DNA of 64,000 bases from Macrostomum lignano (Eukaryota): positions 1-64,000 of the forward strand of contig NIVC01003413.1 in assembly GCA_002269645.1 (NCBI GenBank), written 5' to 3'. The position numbers and the translations under genes were made by a program. Below are positions 1 to 14,771 of the stretch, in pieces (position 1 is the first letter of the stretch; the number at the start of each line of letters is the position of its first letter). The notes beneath the pieces were generated by a model. It made no database searches and had not been told where the DNA came from. It worked only from the letters and a program-made list of their open reading frames with translations.

Positions 1-1344
1 GTCTGTCTGTCATTTCGACAACTCCTCCTTGAATAGTGCAACTCAGCGTTGAAACTTATATGGGAAGATTGGAAATTATCCGAGGTCGGCTATAGGCTAT
101 TTTAATTCTGAAATTTTAATTTCTAAGATCCTCAAAAAGCAGAAAACGGCGGTCTTGACCTTTGATAATCTTAATTGTCCCCTCTTTCTGCTTGGAGCTG
201 AAAATTTGCATGAATTTCAAGTGATTGCGCCACAACTTTTCCCTATCTCTGCAATATTTTCTCTCCAGTGGGGGATGGGGCGTTCTAAATGGCTGCCTGT
301 GTACAATCGGACCCTGGCTCACTGGCTGACTGTATAGACAATTGCGCAAAGATTTTGTGTTCTAATTTTCAATAGGCAGCCCTGTGATTTTGTTGAACCT
401 TGAAATTCAATGCATAAACTTGCGGGCCTCTTTAGCAGGCAGTGAACGTACAATTGATATTTCAATGCTTTAAATCAGAAAGTTTCAAACGCAAACTGTT
501 GCTCGAGTTTTTAACTTTGAGAGAAAAAATTAATATTGCTGGAAAGAACTTGCAAAGCTGATTTCAGGGATATAAATTGTTTGCTTTAAATATGAAAAGA
601 AAAAGCACAGCATTGAAAAAACTATTTCCATACTTTTAACTTTCTGCAAAAATTGTACTCAGTTTTGCGAGACGTAATAGATAAAGTTTGGGGGAGGGTT
701 CAACTTCTTACTGCTGCTGTGTATTGGAGGGTTGATTTAGATTGCGCAATGTTTTCTTAACTTTAACTGAGACTGATACTGACTGACTGTGAAATCGGTT
801 GCGCCATCAATTTGTTTTATTATCTGTGCCTTTCAATAGGCTGCCCTGTGTAATAGCCAGCCTGTGTAATGAATGAATAAATTTGCGAGCCTCTTTGGCA
901 GGCAGTGAACGTACACGCGATATTTCAATGCCTTAAAACGGGAACTTTCAAACGCTAACTGCTCTTCGAGTTCTAAACTTTAAGAGAAGAGACTTATACT
1001 GCTGAAAAGATCTTGCAACGCTGAGTTCGAGGATATAAATTGTTTGCTTAAAATATAAAGACTAAAAGAGCAGCATCAAAAAAACTATTTCCATACTTTT
1101 AGCTTTATGCAAAGATTGTACTCATTTTTTGGTTCAATGCCCCCAACAGTTCGGCGTTCAATTTCTAACTGCTACTGCGTATTGAAAAGAGGTCGGTCTC
1201 TGTGTACTGGAGGGTTGATTTAGATTGCGCAATCTTTTTGTTAACTTTAACTGAGACTGATACTGACTGACTGAGAAATCGGTTGCGCAATCAATTGATT
1301 CAATTGGTTCAATTTTTTTTTGAACACGCAGCTGTGTGTAGCTT

Positions 1345-1379
1345 TAACCCTAACCCTAACCCTAACAATAACCCTAACC
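1345..1379. repeat. Interstitial telomere-like (CCCTAA)n tract, unit 1
   Basis: taaccctaaccctaaccctaac...taaccctaacc read directly. Confidence 0.9.
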
Positions 1380-3667
1380 AATGAATCCTGATATTTATTT
1401 TTTTGACGGAGAAAATTTCGATTGAGTCCAGTTTAAAAGAGAGAATTTCGATGGTTTTCAGTTTCACGGAAAGGATTTCGAAGGAGTCCAGTTTCACGGA
1501 GAGGATTTCGATGGTTTTCAGTTGCACGGACAGGATTTCTGCTTCGCGGAGAGGATCTTGATGGATTTGGCATCTTCAATCAGTCAGAGAAAAGAGTAAA
1601 GAGAAGAATGAAAGCAGAAGAGAGATGAGATGATAGAAAACAGAGTAGAAATAAGTGGAGATATTAGACATGACAGATTGGAGAGAAGAGGGGATTTAGG
1701 CGGGAACGAAGAGGGAGAGAGAAGAAAAAGGAGAGAGGAGAGAAAATAGATTAGGGATAAGAGCGTACAGAGAAAATAGAAGAGAGGGGAGAGTAGAGGA
1801 GAAAGAAAGAGTGAGATGAGGGGATGAGGATGAGAGAGGAGGGAGACAGGAGAGACAAGAAAGAGAAAAGAGGGGAGAAAGGAGAAAGGAGAGAGTAGAG
1901 ACGAAGGACCAGTTAGAAGATATAAATACGGTAGTAGAGATGAGAGGAGAGATAGGAGAGAGAAGCGAGAGAAGAAGCGAGAGGAGAAGAGAAAGAGGAG
2001 AGAGGAGAGAGATGAAATAGATAAGAGAGTTAAGAGAGGAAAGTAGTGAGGAGAGGAGAGATGAGAGATGAGAGATGCGATGATAAGAGATGAGTGAGAA
2101 CATAAGAGAGAAGAGAGAAGAGATTAGAGAAGAGAGGGGAGAAGATAAAAGGAGCAAGGGGAGAAAAGAGAGAATGGAGAGGATAGAAAAGAGAGAAGAG
2201 AAGAGACAGGGAAAAGTGGAAAGGAGGAAAGAAAGATTGGAGACAAGTAAGTGGAGTGTGAGAGCGTATATGAGATATGAGAAATGAGAGCAGAGAGGAA
2301 AGAAAAGAGAAGAGAGAGAGGGTTAAGAGAGACGATAGATAAGTGAATAGGGATGACATATAAAAGAGGAGAGAAGAGGGAGAGATAAGAGAGAAGAGAG
2401 AAGACAGGAGACAGAAGTGAAGAGGAGAGATATGAGAGAAGAGAGGAGACAAGAGACAGGAGAGGGTACAGACGAAAGACGAGGTAGAAAACATAAATAA
2501 GGGAGTACGGGTAGAGATGAGATGAGAGAGAGGAGAGAGAAGAGAGTCACGATAATAGCACAGAGTGGAGAGAGTAGATATGAGAGACGTGAGAGTCTTT
2601 GAGCTATGGTCTTTGAAAGGTTTTCTAAAGAATTTGGAGACGATTTGGAAGATAGGGTTCAAGACATGGAATTTCAGTTGATGGACATTTCAGGGAATGG
2701 AATTCCGGTGATGGAGTTCTTCCCCTTTCTCCTCCGAAGGAGGAGTTCCACTCTATATACTAAAGTTGACGCGTTGTTGTCTGTCTGTATGTCTGTCTGT
2801 TGTCTGTCTGTCATTTCGACAACTCCTCCTTGAATAGTGCCAACTCAGCGTTGAAACTTATATGGGAAGATTGGAAATTATCCGAGGTCGGCTATAGGCT
2901 ATTTTAATTCTGAAATTTTAATTTCTAAGATCCTCAAAAAAGCAGAAAACTCTAATCTTGACCTTTGATAATCTTAATTGTCCCCTCTTTCTGCTTGGAG
3001 CTGAAAAATGCATGAATTTTTAGTGATTGCGCCACAACCTTTCCCTATCTATGCAGTGTATTTTCTTTCCAGTGGGGGGTGGGAGCGTTCTCAGTGGCTG
3101 CGTGTGTACACTTGGACCCTGGCTCACTGGCTGACTTTATAGATAATTGCGCAATGATATGGCTACTGATAAGTTTTCCTGCCTTTCAATGGGCAGTCCT
3201 GTGTATTTGTTGGACATTGAAATTCAATGCATCATCTTGCAAGCAGGCAGTGAACGTACACTCGATACTTCAATGCTATAAATCAGACAGTTTCAAACGC
3301 TAACTGTTCCTCGAGTTTTAAACTTTGAGAGGAGAATCTTACATTGCTGGCAAGATCTTGCAACGCTGAGTTCGGGGATATAAGTTGTTTGCTTTAAATA
3401 TGAAAAGAAAAAGCACAGCATTTGAAAAACGATTTCCATACTTTTAACTTTCTGCAAATATTGTACTTTAATCTGCAAAGATTGTTGGGGGAGGGTTCAA
3501 CTTCTCACTGCTGCTGTGTATTAGAGGGTTGATTTAGATTGCGCAATGTTTTTGTTAACTTTACCTGAGGCTGATACTGACTGACTGTGAAATCGGTTGC
3601 GCAATGAATTGATTCAATTAGTTCAATATTTTTATCTGTGCCTTTTAACACGAAGCTGTGCGTAGTT

Positions 3668-3707
3668 CTAACCCTAACCCTAACCCTAACCCTAACCCTA
3701 ACCCTAA
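3668..3707. repeat. Interstitial telomere-like (CCCTAA)n tract, unit 2
   Basis: About 6 perfect CCCTAA copies. Confidence 0.9.
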
Positions 3708-5837
3708 TGAATCTGGCGAGTTGAGTTGTTTGACGGAAAAAATCGATTAAGTCAAGTTTAGCGGAGACGATTTCAATGTTTAAATTCTGACGGAGAAGAT
3801 TTCTGTTTCGTGGAGAGGATTTCGATGGTGTTCAGTTTCACGAAAGGATTTCCATAGTGTTCAGTTTCACGGAGAGGATTTCGATCATGTTCAGCTTCAC
3901 GGAGAGGCTTTCTGTTTCGCGGAGATAATTTATGATTGATTTCTGTTTTATGGAAACAATTTTGATGGATTTAAGTTTCAAGGAGAGGATTTCGAAGGAG
4001 TCCAGTTTCACTGAGAGGATTTCGATGGTTTTTAGTTGCACAGACAGGATTTTTGCTTCGCGGAGAGGATCTTGATGGATTTGGCATCTTCAATCAGTCA
4101 GAGAAGAGAGTGTAAAGAGAAGACTGAAAAGAGAAGAGAGAAGAGATGATAGAAAACAGAGTATAATTGAGTGGAAGATTAGACATGACAGATTGGAGAT
4201 GATAGGAGAGAGAATAGATGAGGGATAAGAGCGTACAGAGGCAATAGAAGAGAGGGGAGAGTAGAGGAGAAAGAAAGAGTGAGATGAGGAGATGAGGGAT
4301 GAGAGAGCAGGGGAGAGAGGAGACAGGAGAGAGTACAGACGAAAGACTAGGGAGAAGATATAAATAAGGTAGTAAAGATGAGAGGAGAGAGAGGAGAGAG
4401 AAGCGAAAGGAGAAGAGAGTGAGGAGAGAGGAGAGAGATGAAAGGAGCAAGGAAAGGAGAAAAGAGAGAATGGAGAGAATAGAAAAGAGAGAAGAGAAGA
4501 GACAGGGGATAGTGAAAAGGAGGAAGAAAGATGGGAGACAAGAAAGTAGTGTCAGAGCGTATATGAAATATGAGAAATGAGAGCAGAGAGAAGAGAAAAG
4601 AGAAGAGAGAGAGAGGGTTAAGAGAGACGATAGATAAGTGAGTAGAGATGACATATGAGAGAGGAGAGAAGAGGGAGAGATAAGAGTGAAGAGAGGAGAC
4701 AGAAGACAGGAGAAGGTACAGACGAAAGACGAGGGAGAAGAGATAAATAAGGAAGCAGGGGTAGAGATGAGATGAGAGAGAGGAGAGAGGAGATATGAGA
4801 GACTTGAGAGTCTTTGAGCTATGGTCTTTGAAAGATTTTGTAAAGAATTTGGAGACGATTTGGAAGATAGGGTTAAAGACATGGAATTTCAGTTGATGGA
4901 TATTTCAGGGAATAGAATTCCGGTGATGGGAGTTCTTCCCCTTTCTCCTCCGAAGGAGGAGTTCCACTCGTATATACTAAAGTTGACGTGTTGTTTGTCT
5001 GTCTGTCTGTCTGTGTGTCATTTCGACAACTCCTCCTTGAATAGTGCCAACTCAGCGTTGAAACTTATATGGGAAGATTGGAAATTATCCGAGGTCGGCT
5101 ATAGGCTATTTTAATTCTAAAATTTTAATTTCTAAGATCCTCACAAAAGCAGAAAACTCGAATCTTGACCTTTGATAATCTTATTTGTCCCCTCTTTCTG
5201 CTCGGAGCTGAAAATTTGCATGAATTTTAAGTGATTGCGCCATAAAATTTTGCTAACTTGGCAGTGTATTTTCTCTCCAGTGGGGGGATAGGAGCGTTCT
5301 CAGTGGCGGCGTGTGTACACTTGGACCCTAGCTAACTGGCGGACAGTGAAATTCAATGCATCAATTTGCGAGCCTCTCTAGCAGGCAGTGAACGTACACT
5401 CGATATTTCAATGCTTTAAATCAGAAAGTTTCAAATGCTAACTGTTGCTCGATTTTTGAACTTTGAGAGGAGAGACTTATACTGCTGAAAAGATCTTGCA
5501 ACGCTGAGTTCGAGCATATAATTTGTTAGCTTTCAATATAAAGACTAAAAGAGCAGCATCAAAAAAACTATTTCCATACTTTTAGCTTTATGCAAAGATT
5601 GTACTCATTTTTTGGTTCAATGCCCCCCAACAGATGGGGGTTCAATTTCTAACTGCCACAGCGTATTGAAAAGGGGTCGGTCTCTGTGTACAGGAGGGTT
5701 GATTTAAATTGCGCAATCTTTTGGTTAAATTTAACTGAGACTGATACTGACTGACTGTGAAATCGGTTGCGCAATGAATTGATTCAATTAATTCAATATT
5801 TTTATCAGTGCCTTTTAACACGAAGCTGTGCGTAGTT

Positions 5838-5861
5838 CTAACCCAAACCCTAACCCTAACC
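5838..5861. repeat. Interstitial telomere-like tract, unit 3
   Basis: ctaacccaaaccctaaccctaacc. Confidence 0.85.
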
Positions 5862-8600
5862 AATGAATCCGGAGAGTTGAGTTGTTTGACGGAAAAAAAT
5901 CGATTGAGTCCAGTTTAGCGGAGACGATTTCAATGTTTTAATTTTGACGGAGAGGATTTCTGTTTCGTGGAGAGGATTTCGATGGTGTTCAGTTTCACGG
6001 AGAGGATTTATGTTTCGCAGAGATAATTTATGACTGATTTCTGTTTTATGGAGACGATTTTGATGGATTTAAGTTTCAAGGAGAGGATTTCGAAGGAGTC
6101 CAGTTTCACGGAGAGGATTTATGTTTCGCAGAGATAATTTATGACTGATTTCTGTTTTATGGAGACGATTTTGATGGATTTAAGTTTCAAGAAGAGGATT
6201 TCGAAGGAGTCCAGTTTCACGGAGAGGATTTCGATGGTTTTCAGTTGCACCGACAGGATTTTTCTGCTTCGCGGAGAGGATTTGGCATCTTCAATCAGTC
6301 AGAGAAGAGAGTAAAGAGAAGAATGAAAAGAGAAGAGAGATGAGATGATAGAAAACAGAGCAGAAATGAGTGGAGAGATTAGACATGACAGATAGGAGAG
6401 AAGAGGGGAGTAAGGCGGGAACGAAGTAGAGAGAAGAGAAGAGGAGAGAGGAGATGAGAGGGGAGATATGAGATAGCAGAGGGAGACAAGAGAGATGATA
6501 GGAGAGAGAATAGAGATGTGAGATAAGAGCGTACAGAGGAAATAGAAGAGAGGGAGAGTAGAAGGGAAAGAAAGAGTCAGATGAGGGATGAGAGATGAGA
6601 GAGGAGGGGAGAGAGAAGAGAGGAAAAAAGAGGGGAGAAATGAGACAAGAGAGAGTAGAAACGAAAGACCAGGGAGAAGATATAAATAAGGTAGTAGAGA
6701 TGAGAGGAGAGAGAGGAGAGAGAAGCGAGAGGAGAAGAGAGAGAGGAGAGAGAAAAGAGATGAAAGATCAGAGATGAGAGAGTTAAGAGAGGAAAGTAGT
6801 GAGGAGAGGAGAGATGAGAGATGCTATGAGAAAAGAGATGAGTGAGAACATAAGAGAAAAGAGATGAGTGAGAACATAAGAGAAAAGAGATTAGAGATTA
6901 GAGAAGAGAGGGGAGAAGATGAAAGGAGAAAGGAGAGGAGAGAAGAGGGAGAGATAAGAGAGAAGAGAGGATACAGGAGACAGAAGTGAAGAGGAGAGAT
7001 ATGAGAGAAGAGAGGAGACAAGAGACAGGAGAAGGTACAGACGAAAGACGAGGGAGAAGAGATAAATAAGGGAGTAGGGGTAGAGATGAAATGAGAGAGA
7101 GGAGAGAGAAGAGAGTCACGATCACGATAATAGCGAACAGAGGAGAGAGGAGATATGAGAGACGTGAGAGTCTTTGAGCTATGTTCTTTGAAAGGTTTTG
7201 TAAAGAATTTGGAGACGATTTGGAAGATAGGGTTCAAGACATGAAATTTCAGTTGATGGATATTTCAGGGAATGGAATTCCGGTGATGGGAGTTCCTCCC
7301 CCCTCTCCTCCGAAGGAGGAGTTCCACTCGTATATACTAAAGTTGACGTGTTGTTTGTCTGTCTGTCTGTCTGTGTGTCATTTCGACAACTCCTCCTTGA
7401 ATAGTGGCAACTCAGCGTTGAAACTTATATGGGAAGATTGGAAATTATCCGAGGTCGGCTATAGGCTATTTTAATTCTGAAATTTTAATTTCTAAGATCC
7501 TCAAAAAAGCAGAAAACGGCGGTCTTGACCTTTGATAATCTTAATTGTCCCCTCTTTCTGCTTGGAGCTGAAAATTTGCATGAATTTCAAGTGATTGCGC
7601 CACAACTTTTCCCTATCTCTGCAGTGTATTTTCTCTCCAGTGGGGGGATGGGGCGTTCTAAATGGCTGCCTGTGTACAATCGGACCCTGGCTCACTGGCT
7701 GACTGTATAGATAATTGCGCAATGATATGCTACTGATAAGTTTTCCTGCCTCTCAATGGGCAGCCCTGTGTATTTGTTGGACATTTAAATTAGCAGGCAG
7801 TGAACGTACAATCGATATTTCAATGCTTTAAATCAGAAAGTTTCAAACGCAAACTGTTGCTCGAGTTTTTAACTTTGAGAGAAAAAATTAATATTGCTGG
7901 AAAGAACTTGCAAAGCTGATTTCAGGGATATAAATTGTTTGCTTCAAATATGAAAACTAAAAGCTCTGCATTGCAAAAACTATTTCCATACTTTAAACTT
8001 TCTGCAAATATTGTACTCATTTTGGCGAGAGGTGAGAGATAAAGTTGGGGGTTTCGACTTCTAACTGGCGCTGTGTATAGGAAGGGGGTCAGTTGCTTTG
8101 TATTGGAGGGTTGATTAGATTGCGCAAACTTTTTGTTAACTTTAACTGAGACTTATACTGACTAACACAGAAATATATTGCGCAATCAATTGATTCAATT
8201 GGTTCACTTTTTTATTATCGGCCCTGTGTATTAGCTTGGCAGTGAAATTCAATGTACAAAATTGCGAGCCTTTCAGGCAAGCAGTCGGGAAATTGGGAAA
8301 TTAGAAACGACAACTGTTCCACGAGTTTTAAACTTTAAGAGAAGAGACTTATATTGCTGGAAAGAGCTTGCAACGCTGAGTTCGGGGGTATAAGTTTCTT
8401 GCTTTAATCATGAAAACAAAAAGCACAGCATTCAAGAAAAATCTTTCTTTAAATTTTCTGACACTATTCAATTCAAATAACCCGTGTTGGGGCCAGGGGT
8501 GGCGGGCCGCGGTGAAGTGATAGGGTTCAGTGTACACAGTGAATGCCCAGTAGGCTACAGATAGCAATGAAATGAAAGAACGATGAAATGATGGGGAACG

Positions 8601-8630
8601 CTAACCCTAACCCTAACTCTAACCCTAACC
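8601..8630. repeat. Interstitial telomere-like tract, unit 4
   Basis: ctaaccctaaccctaactctaaccctaacc. Confidence 0.85.
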
Positions 8631-11196
8631 ACTGACACCTCTAACTTGAATATTTTAAGTGTGAAAAGCATCTTTTGGATCTCAATTTAGCAGTCTTGAT
8701 GGACTGCAATTTCATGGAGATATCGGGTATTATGATTAAAAATTGATGAATCGCAGCTTGACGGAGATGATAGCTATTGATAGATTGTCGTTGAAAGGAG
8801 AGGATTTTGATGGAATTCTGTTTCATGAAAAGAATTTGATGAAGTTCTGTTTCACGGAGACGATTTCGATGGCTTTCAGTTTCCCAAAGAGGATTTTGAT
8901 AGATTTCTGTTTCACGGAGAGAATTTTGATGGGTTTCTGTTTGACGGAGAGGATTTCTATGGCTTTGGCACCTTCAGTCAGTCAGAGAAGAGACAAAAGA
9001 GATGATAGAAAAGAGAGTAAACATGAGAGAGGAGAGATTAGAGATGACATATGGGAGAGAATAGGAGAGTAAGGCGAGAATGAAGAAGGAGAGAAAAGAG
9101 AAGAGGAGAGAGGAGATTAGAAGGGAGATGAGGTAGCAGAGAGAGACAGGAGAGATGGGAGGAGAAAAGAGAGGAGGGATAAGAGCGTACAGAGGAAATA
9201 GAAGAGAGGAGAAAGAAGAGTGAGATGAGGGATGAGAGATGAGAGTAGAGGAGAGAGGAGAGAGAAGATATGAGAAAAGAGGGGAGAAAAGATACAGGAG
9301 AGAGTAGAGACGAAAGACCAGAGAGAAGAGATAAAGAAGGTAGTAGAGATGAGAGGAGAGGAGAGAGAAGCGAGAGGAGACGGGAGAGAGGAGAGAGATG
9401 AGAGAGTTAAGAGAAGAAAGTAGTGAGGATAGGAGAGATGAGAGATGCGATGAGAAAAGAGATGAGTGACAAAATAAGAGAGAGAAGTGATTAGAGATTA
9501 GAGAGAAGAGAGAGAGGGTAGAGGAGAGACGATAGATAACTGAGTACAGATGAGATATGAGAGAGGAGAGAAGAGGGAAGAGAGAAAAGAGAAAAGAGGA
9601 GGCAGGAGTGAGGAGACAGGAGAGGGTACAGACAAAAGACAATGGAGAAGAGATAAATAAGGGAGTAGAGATGAGAAAAGAGAAAGGAGAGATAAGCGAG
9701 AAGAGTAGGAATAGAGGAGAGAGAGAAGCGAGAAAAGGAAGAGAGGAGGGAGAAGACAGATCAGAGATCAGAGATCAGAGATTTAAGAGAACAATGTAGT
9801 GAGGAGAAAGAAGAGGGTAAAGGTGAGAGTGCAGAGAGGAGAGATAAGAGATGCAATGAGAAAAGAGATGAGTGAGAAAATAAGAGCAAGAGAGATTTGA
9901 GAAGAGAGGGGAGAAGATGAGAGGAGAAAGGAAAGGAGAGAAAAGAGAATGGAAAGGAGAAAAAAGAGAGGAGACAGGAGACGGTAGTAAGGAGGGCAGA
10001 AAGATGGGAGATAAGAATGGAGAGGGTGATATGAGAGATATGAGATATGAGAAATGAGAGCAGAGACATGAGAGTCCGAGTCTGGACAATGCCAGTGAGT
10101 TTTTGCAAACAGGGAAAACAAGAAATCCGATATTTAAAATGCATTGTAGAGGATTTGGAGATGATTTGGAAGATGGGATTCAAGTCATGGAATTTCAGCT
10201 GATGGGAGTTCTTCGCCTTCAGAATTCCGGTGATGGGAGTTCTTCCCCTTTCTCCTCCAGAGGAGGAGTTCCACTCGTACATATACTAAAGTTCACGTGT
10301 TGTTTGTCTGTCATTTCGACAACTCCTCCTTGAATAGTGGCAACTCAGCGTTGAAACTTATATGAGAAGATTGGAAATTATCCGAGGTTGGCTATAGGCT
10401 ATTTTAATTCTGAAATTTTAATTTCTAAGATCCCCAAAAAAGCAGAAAAATGCTTTTTTAACCCCCAATAACCTTCTTTTGCCACTCTGCCTGGGGCTGC
10501 AGCCAGTTTGTAAAAATAGCCACCCCAACCTCCGCCCGCGGGCCGCTGTGTATTGAGGGGTGGTGACTGGTGGGTGCGCGTGTTCTACGTTCAATGCTAA
10601 TAAAACCCACGCGTGTTGGCGGGTTGAGTTAAATTTAATGATTCCCCCGGAACGGGGGGTTGGGCTTGGGCTGAGTGTACATAGCTGTTGTGAACAGATA
10701 AAACTGTGCAGAGATTCAATTGGTTTTATTATCGGCCCTGTGTATTAGCTGGGCAGTGAAATTCAATGAACAAACTTGCGAGTCTGTCAGGCAAGCAGTC
10801 GGGAAATTTCAAACGCTAACTGTTCCTCGAGTTTTAAACTTTGAGAGGAGAAACTTATATTGCTGGAAAGATCTTGCAACGCAGAGTTCGAGGATATAAG
10901 TTGTTTGCTTTATATATGAAAACTAAAAGCTTTTCATTGGGAAAACTATTCCCATACTTTTAACTTTCTGCAAAAATTGTACTCAGTTTTGCGAGACGTA
11001 ATAGATAAAGTTGGGGGGGGAGGGTTCAACTTCTCACTGCTGCTGTGTATTGGAGGGTTGATTTAGATTGCGCAATGTTTTTGTTAACTTTAACTGAGAC
11101 TGATACTGACTGACTGTGAAATCGGTTGCGCAATGAATTGATTCAATTAGTTCAATATTTTTATCAGTGCCTTTTAACACGAAGCTGTGCGTAGTT

Positions 11197-11226
11197 CTAA
11201 CCCTAACCCTAACCCTAACTCTAACC
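11197..11226. repeat. Interstitial telomere-like tract, unit 5
   Basis: ctaaccctaaccctaaccctaactctaacc. Confidence 0.85.
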
Positions 11227-11254
11227 AATGAATCCGGAGAGTTAAGTTGTTTGA

Positions 11255-11765
11255 CGGAAAGAAATCGATTAAGTCCAGTTTAGCGGAGACGATTTCAATG
11301 TTTTAATTTTGACGGAGAGGATTTCTGTTTCGTGGAGAGGATTTCGATGGTGCTCAGTTTCACGGAGAGGATTTCGAAGGTGCTCAGTTTCACGGAGAGG
11401 ATTTCGATGATGTTCAGCTTCACAGAGAGGATTTCTGTTTCGCGGAGTTTAATTTATAATTGATTTCTGTTTTATGGAGACGATTTTGATAGATTTAAGT
11501 TTCAAGGAGAGGATTTCGAAGGTGTTAAGTTTCACGGAGAGGATTTCGAAGGTGTTCAGTTTCACGGAGAGGATTTCGATGATGTTCAGCTTCACGGAGA
11601 GGATTTCTGTTTCGCGGAGTTTAATTTATGATTGATTTCTGTTTTATGGAGACGATTTTGATAGATTTAAGTTTCAAGGAGAGGATTTCGAAGGAGTCCA
11701 GTTTCACGGAGAGGATTTCGATGGTTTTCAGTTGCACGGACAGGATTTCTGCTTCGCGGAGAGGA
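11255..11765. repeat. 30-bp/18-bp minisatellite block (longest example; one per array unit)
   Basis: Unit ggagaggatttcgatggtgttcagtttcac interleaved with ggagaggatttctgtttc. Other blocks at about 1405-1560, 3730-4075, 5885-6280, 8750-8960, 14795-15135 and 17015-17330. Confidence 0.85.
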
Positions 11766-11789
11766 TCTTGATGGATTTGGCATCTTAAA

Positions 11790-13710
11790 TCAGTCAGAGA
11801 AGAGAGTAAAGAGAAGAATGAAAAGAGAAGAGATATGAAATGGTAGAAAACAGAGTAGAAATGAGTGGAGAGATTAGACATGACAAATGGGAGAAAAAAG
11901 GGGAGTAAGGCGGGAACGAAGGAGAGAGAAGAGAAGAGGAGAGAGGAGATGAGAGGGAAGATATGAGATAGCAAAGGGATACAAGAGAGATAATAGGAGA
12001 GAGAATAGATGAGGGATAAGAGCGTACAGAGGAAATAGAAGAGAGGGGAGAGTAGAGGAGAAAGAAAGAGTGAGATGAGGGGATGAGGGATGAGAGAGGA
12101 GGGAAGACAGGAGAGAGAAGAGAGGAGAAAAAAGGGGAGAAAGGAGAGAGAAGCGAAAGGAGAAGAGAGAGGGGAGAGAGGAGAGAGATGAAAGATCATA
12201 GATGAGAGAGTTCAGAGAGGAAAGTAGTGAGGAGAGGAGAGATGAGAGATGCGATGAGAAGAGATGCGTGAGAACATAAGAGAGAAGAGATTAGAGATTA
12301 GAGATTAGAGAAGAGAGGGGAGAAGATGAAAGGAGCAAGGAGAGGAGAAAAGAGAGAATGGAGAGGATAGAAAAGAGAGAAGAGAAGAGACAGGGGATAG
12401 TGGAAAGAAGGAAAGAAAGATGGGAGACAAGAAAGTAGAGTGTGAGAGCGTATATGAGATATGAGAAATGAGAAGCAGATAGGAGAGAAAAGAGAAGAGA
12501 GAGAGGGTTAAGAGAGACGATAGATAAGTAAGGAGAGATGACATATGAGAGAGGAGAGAAGAGGGAGAGATAAGAGAGAAGAGAGGTGACAGGAGACAGA
12601 AGTGAAGAGGAGAGATATGAGAGAATAGAGGAGACAAGAGACAGGAGAGGGTACAAACGAAAGACGAGGGAGAAGAAATAAATAAGGGAGTAAGGGTTGG
12701 AAGATTTGTTGTAAGATTTGGCATCTTCAATCAGTCAGAGAAGAGAGTAAAGAGAAGAATGAAAAGAGAAGAGAGATGAGATGATAGAAAACAGAGTAGA
12801 AATGAGTGGAGAGATTAGACATGACAGATGGGAGAGAAGAGGGGAGTAAGGCGGGAACGAAGGAGAGAGAAGAGAAGAGGGATAAGAGCGTACAGAGGCA
12901 ATAGAAGAGAGGAAAGAGAGGAGAGAGGTGAGAGAAGAGAGATGAAAGATCAGAGATCAGAGATTTAAGAGAAGAAAGTAGTGAGGAGAAAGAAGAGGGT
13001 AAAGATGAGAGTGCAGAGAGGAGAGAAACGAGAGGAGACAGGTAGTAGAAAGGAAGTGTAAAAACAGGAGATAAGAAAGGAGAGGGTGAGTGTGAGAGCA
13101 TATAGGAGTGTAAAAGGGGAGCAGAGGAGAGAGAATAGATAAGTGAGTAGAGAAGAGATATGAGGGAGGAAGAGATTAGCAGATTAGAGAAGAGTGAGGA
13201 GAGATGAGAGGAGTAAGAGAGAGAATGGAGAGGAGAGAAAAGAGAGGAGAGGAGACATGTGATGCAGTAGAAAGGAGGGAAGAAAGATGGTAGATAAGAA
13301 AGGAGAGGGTGAGAGCGTATAAGAGATACGAGAAATGAGAGCAGAGAGAAGAGAGAAAAGGGAAGAGAGAAAGTAGAGCGGAGACGATAGATAAGTGAGT
13401 AGAGATGAGATATGAGTGAGGAGAGAAAAGGGGAGAGATAAGAGAAGATAGGAGAGTAGACAGGAGAGGGTACAGACGAAAGACGAGGGAGAAGAGATAA
13501 ATAAGGGAGTAGAGATGAAAAAAGAGAGAGAAGAGATAAGAGAGAAGAGTAGGAATAGAGGAGAGAGAGAGAGAACGAGAGAAGGGAGAGAGGAGGGAGA
13601 AGAGAGATGAAAGATCAGAGATGAGAGAGATGAAAGAGTGGAGAGGAGTAATTAATGAGGAGAAAGAAGAGAGTAAAAATAAATATCAGAGCGCAGGGCG
13701 CAAGAGATGA
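11790..13710. repeat. GA-rich polypurine low-complexity tract (longest example; one per array unit)
   Basis: Plus strand almost entirely A/G. Other tracts at about 1585-2595, 4097-4810, 6297-7170, 8980-10075, 15162-15875 and 17350-18385. These tracts are the source of the Ser/Leu-rich and Arg/Glu-rich ORFs. Confidence 0.9.
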
Positions 13711-14737
13711 GAGATGGGAGTTGATAGATTGTAGAGGATTTGGAGATTATTTGGAAGATGGGATTCAAGTCATGGAATTTCAGCTGATGGGAGTTCTTCC
13801 CCTTCAGAATTCCGGTGATGGGAGTTCTTCCCCTTTCTCCTCCAGAGGAGGAGTTCCACTCGTCTTTATCTATACTAAAGTTGACGCGTTGTTTGTCTGT
13901 CTGTGTGTCATTTCGACAACTCCTCCTTGAATAGTGCCAACTCAGCGTTGAAACTTATATGGGAAGATTGGAAATTATCCGAGTCGGCTATAGGCTATTT
14001 TAATTTGAAATTTTAATTTCTAAGATCCTCAAAAAAGCAGAAAACGGCGGTCTTGACCTTTAATAATCTTAATTGTCCCCTCTTTCTGCTTGGAGCTGAA
14101 AAATGCATGAATTTTTAGTGATTGCGCCACAACTTTTCCCTATCTCTGTAGTGTATTTTCTTTCCAGTGGGGGTGGGAGCGTTCTCAGTGGCTGCGTGTG
14201 TACACTTGGACCCTGGCTCACTGGCTGACTTTATAGATAATTGCGCAATGATATGGCTACTGATAAGTTTTCCTGCCTTTCAATGGGCAGTCCTGTGTAT
14301 TTGTTGGACATTGAAATTCAATGCATCAACTTTCAAGCAGGCAGTGAACGTACACTCGATACTTCAATGCTATAAATCAGACAGTTTCAAACGCTAACTG
14401 TTCCTCGAGTTTTAAACTTTGAGAGGAGAAACTTATATTGCTGGCAAGATCTTGCAACGCTGAGTTCGGGGATATAAGTTGTTTGCTTTAAATATGAAAA
14501 GAAAAGCACAGCTTTAACTTTCTGCAAAGATTGTACTTTAATCTGCAAAGATTGTTGGGGGAGGGTTCAACTTCTCACTGCTGCTGTGTATTGGAGGGTC
14601 GATTTAGATTGCGCAATGTTTTTGTTAACTTTACCTGAGGCTGATACTGACTGACTGTGAAATCGGTTGCGCAATGAATTGATACAATTAGTTCAATATT
14701 TTTATCTGTGCCTTTTAACACGAAGCTGTGCGTAGTT

Positions 14738-14771
14738 CTAACCCTAACCCTAACCCTAACCCTAACCCTAA
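14738..14771. repeat. Interstitial telomere-like tract, unit 6
   Basis: About 5 CCCTAA copies. Confidence 0.85.

Noticed and set aside
2606-7474. Recurrent MVFERF...MEFQLMDISG ORFs (75-97 aa) across unit junctions
   Set aside because: They span the hairpin and (GTCT)n junction, change frame between copies, and match no protein motif I recognise.
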